A stretch of DNA of 64,000 nt from the NCBI GenBank assembly GCA_050184075.1, contig JBFXAS010000004.1, positions 250 through 64,249 of the forward strand. The letters run 5' to 3'. The translations under genes were made by a program, and so were the position numbers. Under the pieces are notes generated by a model. It saw only the letters and a list, made by a program, of their open reading frames with translations, did not search any database and was not told the origin of the DNA. Positions 49,254 through 57,544 of the stretch are shown in pieces; within the stretch, counting starts at the first letter, position 1; the number at the start of each line of letters is the position of its first letter. Source of the stretch: Gemmatimonadales bacterium (GTDB taxonomy: Bacteria; Gemmatimonadota; Gemmatimonadetes; Gemmatimonadales; GWC2-71-9).

Positions 49254-51736
49254 GGGCGCTCCGTGAGCTCGAGCAGGAGGGCCTGCGCGCGCTCGAAGGA
49301 CGGCGCGGCCTCGAGCACCTTGAGGATCTCGCGCCGCGCCGCCGCCAGGTCCCCGGCCAGCCGATACGCCCGGGCGAGCTGATACCCGGCCTCCGCCCGG
49401 TCGGCCGAGCCCAGCGCCAGCACCGCCTGGCGCTCGCGCACGCTGACCGCGTGGCGACCCAGCCGCTCCGCCATCTCGGCCAGGTGCTCGTGGGGGGCCT
49501 GGTCGTAGGGATCGATGTAGATCGCGCGCTCGTAGGCGTCGAACGCCCCGGCGTGGTCGTCGCGTCGCATCCGGAGCTCGCCTTCCGCCAGATTGGCGGC
49601 CAGGTGGCTGTCGTTGTACCGGGTCACCTCGGCCAGCATCGTCAGCCACTTCGTGGTGTCGGCCCTCTCCTGGTAGATGCGCGAGAGGAGCCAGGCGGCG
49701 CTGGCATGATCGCCCTGGTCCGGGAACGCCTCACGCACCCGCTCCAGCATCGCGATCGCTTCGTCGACCCGGCCCGCCGCCCGGAGCCGCTCCGCGTTCG
49801 CCAGCAGGGCGCCGAGCTCGCCGGGGTTGAGCGTCGTGTCCTGCGCCACGCCGACCATCGAGAGCGGCTTCGCGAATCGCTCGCGAATCCAGTCCTCGAA
49901 CTCGCGATCGAGGGTGGCGGGCTCGGTCTTCAGGACCCGGCGAATCACCTCGGCGGTGCTCGCTCCGGCGCGATACTCGGTCAACATGCCCACCACGGCG
50001 TCGAAGCCGCGCGTAGCTTCGAGGTACTCACAGACCAACGAGGATAGGTAGTAGGAGAGTCCGATCTGCCCGGCGAACTTCGGGCGCACGAAGCCGTCGT
50101 TCAGCTGGCTCACCTTGGGCAGCAGACCGCCCTTGAAGGCCGACAGGAACGCGACCGAGGCCTCCGCGCCCCAGCCGGGCCGGGCCCGCCGCTCCTCGAG
50201 CACCGAGAGCCCCTCGGAAAGCCAGCGGGGAACCCGATGCCCGCTCGCCCCGAGCGTGAAGGTGTGGGCCAGCTCGTGCCAGGCCGTCGAGCCGAAGTTC
50301 ATCTCGCCCTTCTCGCGCGCGGACGGCGCGTCCATCGCGAGCACCCGGCCGAAGCTCACGCCGAGCGCACCCAGCCCCGCGAGCCCGACGGTGCGCACCG
50401 AGAAGTCGGCGTGCCGCTTGTAGAGCTCGAGCCGGATCGGCGTGGGCGGCCGATAGCGATACCGGGCGGCGAGGGAGTCGTAGCCTCGCTCGAGCAGTGG
50501 CACGAGGTAGAGCGCCAGCAACTCGGCCTCGTCGGGGGGCGCGACCAGCTCGATCCGGCCGGACCGGATGGTCGTGTACCGGCCCAGCTCGTCGAGCAGG
50601 TCCAGGGTGTTCTTGTTCCAGACGTGGTAGGGATCCCGCTCGAAGGCCCGCTCTAGGCGCGCCCGCCCACTGTCGATGGCGCCGGTCCGAAGCTCGTTCG
50701 TCCCGAGGACCGTGAGGGCCTCGGTGTCGTCGGGGGCGACGGCGCGGGCCCGGGCCCCGAAGGCAGCGGCCTCCCGATAGCGGCGCTGGCGGCCCAGCGC
50801 TTCCGCGATGGTGCTGTAGAAGAGCGCGGGCGATCGATTGCGGGCCTCGACCATGCGCTCGGTCGACCGGTAGCCCACCGTGTCGTCGGTCACCTCCTGC
50901 ACCGCGCCGCGGAGACCCCACGCCTCGAGCAGCGTCGAGTCGAGCGCGAGCGCGCGGTCGGCTCGGACCAGGGCCGAGTCGTAGCGCTCGACGTCGAGGT
51001 CGAGACGGCCCAACAGGGCGTGGGCCGCGGCCACGTCGGGGCCGGCTGCCAGCGCCTTCCACGCCAGCTCGATGGCGCGTGGATCGCCGTTGAACTCCGC
51101 CACCCGGGCCAGCCCGAGCAGCGCTCTCGGGTCGTCGGCGTCACGCGCCAGCACGCCGCGGTAGGATGCTTCCGCGTCGGGCGCGTTGTACTTGCTGAGG
51201 AAGAGATCCCCGACCCTGAGCTGGGGCTCGAGCCAGGTGGAGTCCCGCGCGATGGCCCGGTCGAAGGCGCCGAGCGCGTCTTTGAAGCGCGCCGGCTGGG
51301 TCGGGCCGATCAGCTCGCTCACGATCCCGAACGCCAGCCAGTCCGCCGGGCCGAGATCGCCGTCCAGGTCGATCGCGTCGTCGATCCGCCGCGCGAGCGT
51401 GAGGGCGTTCTCCCGGTCGCCGCGGGCCCTGGCGAGCTCGGCCAGACGCGCCTCGGCGTAGAGCCGGTAGGCGCCAGGCGCCGCCGCCACGGCCCGGAAC
51501 GCCGCCTCGGCTTCGGCGACCCGGCCGCGCGCCGCATGCGCGTCTCCGAGCCAGGCCCCGCGGCCCTCCACGGTGCTGCTGTTCAGGAGCTCGACCGCTT
51601 CGTCCGCCTTGCCTCGATGCAGCAGCCGCTCCACCCGGGCACGGAGGCCGTCGGGCGAGGTGGGCTCCTGCCCCGAGCACGCGGCGGCCGCCAGGTTGAG
51701 CGCCAGGAGTCCGACGAGACAGGCCACCGGCCTCAT
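49250..51736 (-). CDS. TPR-repeat lipoprotein with MA-clan (gluzincin-like) peptidase domain
   Basis: LAAAAC lipobox, many TPRs, HELAH followed by WLSEGLS. Confidence 0.85.
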   Translation of the reverse strand: MRPVACLVGLLALNLAAAACSGQEPTSPDGLRARVERLLHRGKADEAVELLNSSTVEGRGAWLGDAHAARGRVAEAEAAFRAVAAAPGAYRLYAEARLAELARARGDRENALTLARRIDDAIDLDGDLGPADWLAFGIVSELIGPTQPARFKDALGAFDRAIARDSTWLEPQLRVGDLFLSKYNAPDAEASYRGVLARDADDPRALLGLARVAEFNGDPRAIELAWKALAAGPDVAAAHALLGRLDLDVERYDSALVRADRALALDSTLLEAWGLRGAVQEVTDDTVGYRSTERMVEARNRSPALFYSTIAEALGRQRRYREAAAFGARARAVAPDDTEALTVLGTNELRTGAIDSGRARLERAFERDPYHVWNKNTLDLLDELGRYTTIRSGRIELVAPPDEAELLALYLVPLLERGYDSLAARYRYRPPTPIRLELYKRHADFSVRTVGLAGLGALGVSFGRVLAMDAPSAREKGEMNFGSTAWHELAHTFTLGASGHRVPRWLSEGLSVLEERRARPGWGAEASVAFLSAFKGGLLPKVSQLNDGFVRPKFAGQIGLSYYLSSLVCEYLEATRGFDAVVGMLTEYRAGASTAEVIRRVLKTEPATLDREFEDWIRERFAKPLSMVGVAQDTTLNPGELGALLANAERLRAAGRVDEAIAMLERVREAFPDQGDHASAAWLLSRIYQERADTTKWLTMLAEVTRYNDSHLAANLAEGELRMRRDDHAGAFDAYERAIYIDPYDQAPHEHLAEMAERLGRHAVSVRERQAVLALGSADRAEAGYQLARAYRLAGDLAAARREILKVLEAAPSFERAQALLLELTERP

Positions 51737-52707
51737 GGCTTGGCGTCCAGCGCCCGGAGCGCCTGATTGGTCCGGGCCAGCGAAAGCAGCAGCGTCTCCA
51801 GCTCACGCTCGTACGCCGTCGAGTCCATCGAGGCCTTGCGCTGCCGCAGCTCGGCGATCGCGGTCTCCAACCGCTTCCGCTCCGCCAACAGCGGAGCGGC
51901 TCTGGGATCGTCCGCCAGCGCGCTGGCGCCGCCGCCGAAGCTCACCGCGCGGGCCAGCGCGCCGTCGGTCCCCTTACCGAGGTCGGCGCTCCCCGCGCCG
52001 TCGCCATCGTCGTCGAGGATCGCGTGCTCGGTCAAGAGTCGCCGCTCGGCCTCGTACTGCCGGGCCACCTCGGCCTTGGCGAACACAAAGGCCTCCGCCA
52101 CCGAGGTCCGGCCGTCTTTGTCCGTGTCCGCGCCACCGGCGAGGCCCTTGACGAAGTGATCGGCGAACGACGTGGCGTTCCGCTCGAAGCCCGTCTTGGT
52201 GGCAGCGACGATCACCCGGCGCTTGCCCGAGAGCGGCTTCACGAACTCCCCGCTCGCGCTCGCCGAATTCACCACGACCACCGTCTGGGTGGTGAAAGCC
52301 GAGAGCGCGCCCGCGAGGTCGCCGGCGGTCAGATCCGGGCCGGGCAGGCTCAAGCGCGCTTCGTCACCCTGCTGGCTCCCGTGACCGAGCAGGAAGATCA
52401 GCACCACGTCCTCGGGGCGGGCGCTGGTAGCGAGCTTCCCGATCTGCGAAAGGACCTCGTCGCGGGTGGCGCGTCCGGTGATCCGTCCCGGGTCCGCGGC
52501 CGGACGCTCGGCCAGATAGACCAGATCCGACTCGGGCACCCGCCAGGCGTTGGTCGCCTGCTCGATCAGCGCCCCGGCGTTGGCCGCGAAGCTCTTCGCG
52601 TATTGGGGCTCGCCGCTCAGGCCGCTCACCACCAGGACCTTGAGGCCCTGCGCCGGGAGCGGCGCGACGGCAGCCAGGCCGAGCGTTGCCAGCAGCGCGG
52701 CCCTCAC
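51733..52707 (-). CDS. Secreted caspase/legumain (clan CD)-fold protein
   Basis: VLIFLLGHGS strand-His-Gly motif; VVVVNSASASG at the DACxSG position; DTDKDGRTSVAE Ca-loop; C-terminal helical hairpin. Confidence 0.65.
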   Translation of the reverse strand: MRAALLATLGLAAVAPLPAQGLKVLVVSGLSGEPQYAKSFAANAGALIEQATNAWRVPESDLVYLAERPAADPGRITGRATRDEVLSQIGKLATSARPEDVVLIFLLGHGSQQGDEARLSLPGPDLTAGDLAGALSAFTTQTVVVVNSASASGEFVKPLSGKRRVIVAATKTGFERNATSFADHFVKGLAGGADTDKDGRTSVAEAFVFAKAEVARQYEAERRLLTEHAILDDDGDGAGSADLGKGTDGALARAVSFGGGASALADDPRAAPLLAERKRLETAIAELRQRKASMDSTAYERELETLLLSLARTNQALRALDAKP

Positions 52708-54986
52708 GCTAGCCCCCGCACCCGACGCAGCGTCCACTCGCTCGCCAGCAGCAGCACCAAGAGGAAAAAGACGATCGGCATGTCCCAGAGGTCCTTCACC
52801 TCCGTCACGGTCACGCCGCTCTCGGTGTAGCGGGCATCGTCGGGCAGCCGGTCGACGTCCGCCGCGGTGTAGAAGCGCCCGCCGGTCTCGTCGGCCAGCC
52901 GGCGCAGCAGTGGCGAGCGCATCTCGGAGTTGAGGAAGTCGAGACCCCGATCGGCCACGCCCGTGTAGATCGGCTCGGCCCGGAGCGTGTCTCGCCCCAC
53001 CAGGGCGTCGACCTCGAGCCGGTAGATCCCGTCGGCGCGGGGCACGAAGCTGCCCTCGTAGGTGCCGTCCCGGCCCAGGGTCCAGTCGAGCGGGATGGTG
53101 TCGACCTGGCCGAGCGGCGAGGTGACCCGGACGATCGCCGAGCCGTCGTTCACCCGCAGGAAGTTGGAGTCGCCGATCTCGGCGCGGACCGTGACCCGCT
53201 GTCCCGGCGCCGGGTGGTCGGGGCTCACCGCCGTCTCGAGTCGATCCGGCACGTCCTCGAGCAACCAGCGCAGCATCTGCCGCCAGAAGGTCTCGTGAGA
53301 CTGGTCTTCCAGCGGAATGTCGGCGTGCATCTGCCAGAGCCAGGTGTCCTGCACCAGGAGCGCGAGCGCCTTGCCCCGGCCGTATCGCTGCACCGCGAGT
53401 CCCGGACCCGAGGCCCCTTCCGGCTCCCTGGCCGTGAGCAGCGCCGTGGCCCCGGCCTTGAGACCGGTCCAGTGATTGACCGAGGTGAGCTCGGGCAGGC
53501 TGTCCCAGCGAGCACCATTGTCGCGCTCTTCCTGGGTCAGGAGCAGCGCCGCATTCGCGGCCCCGGCCGGCGTGAGCGCCATCGCAACCGGCGTCGCGGG
53601 CTCCGCCGAGTCGGCCCGACGGTTGGCGAAGGTGACCGGCAGCACTTCGGCGACGGGCGAGGACTCGTACGCGCCCTCTCCGTAGGAGTCGCGCCCGCCG
53701 AGGGCGAGGAGTCCGCCGCCCCGCTCGCCCACGAAGTCGGCGATCATCCGGAGCTGGTCGGCGGTGAAAGCCGAGGCCTCGATGCTGCCCAGGACGAGGC
53801 CGCGGTAGCGGTAGAGCTCGCTGCGGGTGGTCGGAAAGCCGCCCAGCAGCTCCAGACTGTCGTCCACGCCCACCCGGAGGAACTTCGCCTGGGCGCTCCG
53901 CTGGAGCCCGACCAGCTGGAGATTGCTGTCGGTAGCCGCAGCTCGTCGCATGAAGGCGAATTCGGGCCGCAGCGTGCCCTCGACGTAGAGGATCTTCTCC
54001 CGCCGGTCGCGGACCCGCACCACGGCGTGGGCCACGTTGTCCTGACTCACCAGCTCGCCGGGAACCGGCTTCACGCTCACCTGGAGCTCGCGCGGGCCCG
54101 CTTCGAGTGGCGGAATCCGCACCGGAACGCTGACCAACTCCCCGGACTGCGGCAGGGTGACGTCCTGCTGTGCCACGATCCGACCACCGTCCTCGACTAC
54201 GAGCGTGACGGTCTCGCCGCCGAGGCCGCGGGCCCGGATCGACACACTGCCGAGCAGCACGGCGCCCCGGAGCGTGGAACGGGGCAGTTCGACCCGCTCG
54301 ATCGCCAGATCGCGCTCATAGCGCTCCGAGCCGATCCCCACGGTGTAGACCGGGATCTTGGCGGCCTCGAGCGAGAGGATCGGCTCCCCGAGCGAGTTGC
54401 CGACGTTGTCGGCCCCGTCGGTGAGCACCACGATCCCGGCGAGCGGAGCGCCACCCGCGTCGCGCCGCACCAGATCGAGCGCGGAGGCCAGATCGGTGCG
54501 GGAGCCGGTGCCGGCCAGCGAGGTCCCACGACCGAGGCGCTCCGCGCTCTCCGAAAAGCGGTAGGTCCGCACCACGAATCGCTCGGCCAGACGCTTGGTG
54601 ATCCGGGCCGTGGAATCGCCCGCCAGGGCCAGCATCGCTTCGAGGCGGGTGGCGCCCTCGCCAGCATCGGCGATGTGCATGCTGCGGGAGTCGTCGAGCA
54701 GCACGGCGATGGCGTTTTGCTGCGGCACCGAAGTCGAGAGCACCAGCGCGGGTCGCAGCAGCGCCAGCCCCACGAGGGTCAACGCCAACAGGCGAAGGCC
54801 GACCAGTACCACCCGGTCGACCGGCTTGGCCCGGGTCCGCCGATAAGCCAACAGGGTGAGCACCAACGCGACGCCGACGAGCGGTGCGACCCAGTATCCG
54901 ACACCCGTCCAAGTCAAAACGCCCCGCTCGAACACTCGGGCGGGGTACTTGAACAGGAACTCGAACAGGGCTTCGAAAACGCTCAC
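52704..54986 (-). CDS. Membrane-anchored VWA + class I glutamine-amidotransferase-like domain protein
   Basis: GAGGGA RBS before GTG; TMs; MIDAS DDSRSM, LTDG; KILYVEG; FVGERGGGLLALGG; YGRGK...W.W...FWRQMLRWL; C-terminal LWD...EW.LRR..GL. Confidence 0.85.
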   Translation of the reverse strand: MSVFEALFEFLFKYPARVFERGVLTWTGVGYWVAPLVGVALVLTLLAYRRTRAKPVDRVVLVGLRLLALTLVGLALLRPALVLSTSVPQQNAIAVLLDDSRSMHIADAGEGATRLEAMLALAGDSTARITKRLAERFVVRTYRFSESAERLGRGTSLAGTGSRTDLASALDLVRRDAGGAPLAGIVVLTDGADNVGNSLGEPILSLEAAKIPVYTVGIGSERYERDLAIERVELPRSTLRGAVLLGSVSIRARGLGGETVTLVVEDGGRIVAQQDVTLPQSGELVSVPVRIPPLEAGPRELQVSVKPVPGELVSQDNVAHAVVRVRDRREKILYVEGTLRPEFAFMRRAAATDSNLQLVGLQRSAQAKFLRVGVDDSLELLGGFPTTRSELYRYRGLVLGSIEASAFTADQLRMIADFVGERGGGLLALGGRDSYGEGAYESSPVAEVLPVTFANRRADSAEPATPVAMALTPAGAANAALLLTQEERDNGARWDSLPELTSVNHWTGLKAGATALLTAREPEGASGPGLAVQRYGRGKALALLVQDTWLWQMHADIPLEDQSHETFWRQMLRWLLEDVPDRLETAVSPDHPAPGQRVTVRAEIGDSNFLRVNDGSAIVRVTSPLGQVDTIPLDWTLGRDGTYEGSFVPRADGIYRLEVDALVGRDTLRAEPIYTGVADRGLDFLNSEMRSPLLRRLADETGGRFYTAADVDRLPDDARYTESGVTVTEVKDLWDMPIVFFLLVLLLASEWTLRRVRGLA

Positions 54987-55083
54987 GGCATCCCTCGCGG
55001 CGTCTCGCTCACTCACGCCCGAGGGAAGGCGCCGAACTGACGCCGGGGAACGGGAGGGCTTGCCGGCTATGACTATCTATATC

Positions 55084-55109
55084 TACGCCGGCCCCAATCG
55101 TAAAGTTGC
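55084..55109 (-). promoter_or_regulatory. Putative ECF promoter GCAAC-N17-CGTA upstream of the MoxR-VWA operon
   Basis: Minus strand GCAAC tttacgattggggccgg CGTAG; shares ccggCGTAG with the ECF1 promoter. Confidence 0.7.
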
Positions 55110-55143
55110 GCCATTGGCCGCATGCTTCCGGTCCTTCGACCCC

Positions 55144-55479
55144 TCAATTAGGGCCACTCACCGCTTCCCCGCCCGCAGGCCCATAGAAGATCACCCAGAC
55201 CACGAGATCGTCCGAGAAGTCCTCGAACCGGTGTGGCTCCCCCGCGCCCACGAAGAGGCAGTCGCCCGTCTCGAATTGCGCTCGCGCGCCGCTGCGAACG
55301 AAGGTGCCGTGCCCACGCACCACCACGTACACCTCGTCGCGCGGGTGCGGCATCTGATAGTCGACCCCTCGCGGCGCGTAGACCTCGAGCGAGAGCGTTC
55401 CCCGCTCGTACTCGACCGTGAACCGGCGGCCGTCGGGAGCCGGCAGCTTGTTTAGTGCCTCTTTGAGCGAGAACCGCAT
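55144..55479 (-). CDS. Cupin domain protein
   Basis: D.Q.PHPRDEVYVVVRG.G, FVGAGEPHRF, WVIFYGP.GGE. Confidence 0.9.
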   Translation of the reverse strand: MRFSLKEALNKLPAPDGRRFTVEYERGTLSLEVYAPRGVDYQMPHPRDEVYVVVRGHGTFVRSGARAQFETGDCLFVGAGEPHRFEDFSDDLVVWVIFYGPAGGEAVSGPN

Positions 55480-55588
55480 CGACGGCGCCTTGGAGGAGTC
55501 GCTACTAATGTGGCTGTTTCCGGGCGGCTGACAACGCCTCGAACACCGGGACAACCCCGACTGGCCGACCCCGCGCTCACCATCCACA

Positions 55589-55598
55589 TTGTATACAA
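55589..55598. promoter_or_regulatory. Perfect palindrome TTGTATACAA (GntR-family-like operator)
   Basis: AT-rich 10-bp palindrome in a divergent intergenic region. Confidence 0.4.
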
Positions 55599-55645
55599 AC
55601 AACCTGAACTGATCGGAGGACGGGCTGCCGAACCTGTGGGGTGCG

Positions 55646-56350
55646 ATGGATCGCTCCAACCGGGAGCGGGAAAGGAGCGGCGTGGTGGCGGCGGCCGTCG
55701 TGGGGACGGTGGCGACCCTGGCGAGCTGGCTGCTCTCCCGGGTGGATCGGGCGGCGTTCGTACCCTATTTCGGCGGCATCGAGCCCGTGGTCGCGACGGC
55801 GATCGTGGCCACGATCGGCGTGGCGGCGGTCCGGACACTCCGCCGGGGCGGCTGGTTCGTCCTCGCCGGCCCACCGAACCGGGCCGGGCTTCGGGCCGCG
55901 TTCCTCCTGGCCACCCTCTTCGCCGCCGGCGCCATCGGCTTCGATCTGCTGGCCCGGTTCCCGCGCAGCATCAACGAGCCGCTCCCCATGGCGGCCGCCT
56001 TCTATCCGCTGATGGGGCTGGTGGCGGAGACGGTGTTCCACCTCGCGCCGCTCGCGCTGATCCTCGGCATCGGCTGGCGCATCTGGCCAGATCGGCGCGA
56101 GGGCCTCGTGCTGGTCGCCGTCGTTGTCGCCGCCGCGATCGAGCCGGCCTTCCAGGTGCGCGCTGGGCTCGCGGCCGGACGGCTCTCGGGCACCGACCTC
56201 TTCGTGGTGCCCCACGTGCTCGGCTTCAACCTCGCTCAACTCTGGCTTTTTCGCAGGTACGACCTGCTCTCGATGCTCGCGATGCGAATGAGCTATTACC
56301 TCTACTGGCACCTCGCCTGGGGGACGCTTCGCCTGGAACTGCTCTTTTGA
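55646..56350 (+). CDS. Polytopic membrane protein, distantly CPBP/Abi-like
   Basis: 6-7 hydrophobic helices; AETVFH, HV, R..YY..WH motifs. Confidence 0.6.
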   Translation: MDRSNRERERSGVVAAAVVGTVATLASWLLSRVDRAAFVPYFGGIEPVVATAIVATIGVAAVRTLRRGGWFVLAGPPNRAGLRAAFLLATLFAAGAIGFDLLARFPRSINEPLPMAAAFYPLMGLVAETVFHLAPLALILGIGWRIWPDRREGLVLVAVVVAAAIEPAFQVRAGLAAGRLSGTDLFVVPHVLGFNLAQLWLFRRYDLLSMLAMRMSYYLYWHLAWGTLRLELLF

Positions 56351-56402
56351 GCGTCCGGCAGTAAGCTTCGACGACGGGTGGTCCAATGATCGGGAGGTGA
56401 GG

Positions 56403-57272
56403 GTGACGTCCCTGGAACGCTTGGGACACGGGGGACCGCTGCTCGCGGTCGACACGGTCCGGTGGACCGGCGCCGAGCGCGCGGAGGGCACCGAGCGGGT
56501 GGTCGAGGAGACCCCGGTGGCCATCGTCTACAACCGGGTGCCCCACGTGGTGATGATGGCCACGCCCGAGCACCTGGAGGACTTCGTGCTCGGCTTCAGC
56601 ATCACCGAGGAGCTGATTCGCGCGCCGAGGGACCTGCTCGACGTCCGGATCGAACGCTTCAGTCAGGGGATCGAGATCCAGGCGGCCGTCGATCCCGCGT
56701 GCGACGCGGTGATCTCCTCACGCGCTCGCCGGCTCTCGGGGCGGACCGGATGCGGGATCTGCGGAGCCGACAGCATCGCGGCCGTGCTCAAGACGGTCCA
56801 TCCCGTGGCCGGAGGCAGCGCCATCCCGACGAGCGTCGTGGCTCGCGCCCTCGAGGCCCTGACCGAACACCAGGCCCTCAATCGGGAGGCGGGCGCGGTG
56901 CACGCGGCCGGCTGGGCTTCGCTCGATGGGGTCATCCAGCTGGCTCGCGAGGACGTCGGGCGCCACAACGCGCTCGACAAGCTGGTGGGCGCTGCCCTGC
57001 GGGCCGGCGTCGATCCCGCGACGGGATTCGCCGTGGTCACCAGCCGCGCCAGCTTCGAGATGGTCCAGAAGGCGACCGTCCTCGGCGCGCCGATCCTGGC
57101 CGCCATCTCCGGCCCGACCGGGCTCGCCGTGCGGCTCGCTCGAGAAGCGGGACTCACGCTGGTCGGCTTCGCCCGCAAGGGACGCCTGACCGTCTACTCG
57201 AGGCCCGAGCGCCTGCTCGCCCCCGTCGAGCGGTCGCCCGACTCACCCAACGCCAACCCTGGGAAGAGCTGA
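56403..57272 (+). CDS. fdhD: Formate dehydrogenase accessory sulfurtransferase
   Basis: VMMATP..LEDFVLGF, GCGICG, EDVGRHNALDKLVG, TSRASFEMVQK, TLVGFAR. Confidence 0.95.
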   Translation: MTSLERLGHGGPLLAVDTVRWTGAERAEGTERVVEETPVAIVYNRVPHVVMMATPEHLEDFVLGFSITEELIRAPRDLLDVRIERFSQGIEIQAAVDPACDAVISSRARRLSGRTGCGICGADSIAAVLKTVHPVAGGSAIPTSVVARALEALTEHQALNREAGAVHAAGWASLDGVIQLAREDVGRHNALDKLVGAALRAGVDPATGFAVVTSRASFEMVQKATVLGAPILAAISGPTGLAVRLAREAGLTLVGFARKGRLTVYSRPERLLAPVERSPDSPNANPGKS

Positions 57273-57514
57273 TGTATCCGCCGCGCGAATGTCTCCGCTG
57301 CCGGGGCTCGATGGAACCCGGCTTCGTCGTCGATCGTGGCCACAATCACCGCGCCGGCGTCCCGCGCTGGATCGAGGGCGAGCCGGAGCGAAGCTTCTGG
57401 ACGGGACTGAAGACGCGCGGCCGGGAAGCCTACGAGGTCGCGACGTATCGCTGCGACCGGTGCGGTTGGCTGGAGTCCTACGCGGTGGCCCGGGTGGCGA
57501 GTCGGAGCTCCTGA
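57272..57514 (+). CDS. Small zinc-ribbon protein (DUF6487-like)
   Basis: ATG overlaps fdhD stop; CLRC..SME.G...W..G...YRCDRCG.LESYA. Confidence 0.8.
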   Translation: MYPPRECLRCRGSMEPGFVVDRGHNHRAGVPRWIEGEPERSFWTGLKTRGREAYEVATYRCDRCGWLESYAVARVASRSS

Positions 57515-57544
57515 CGGAGCCCCGACTCGACCCGCCGGCCGGTG

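Noticed and set aside
55100-55545. Cupin gene as a possible integron cassette (slightly lower GC, CCCTAAT near the stop)
   Set aside because: No proper RYYYAAC...GTTRRRY attC pair or L-boxes were found, and there is no integrase in the window.
56403-57514. Selenocysteine or stop read-through fusing fdhD to the downstream ORF
   Set aside because: The downstream ORF is in a different frame (TGATG overlap), FdhD is already complete, and no SECIS-like element is evident.
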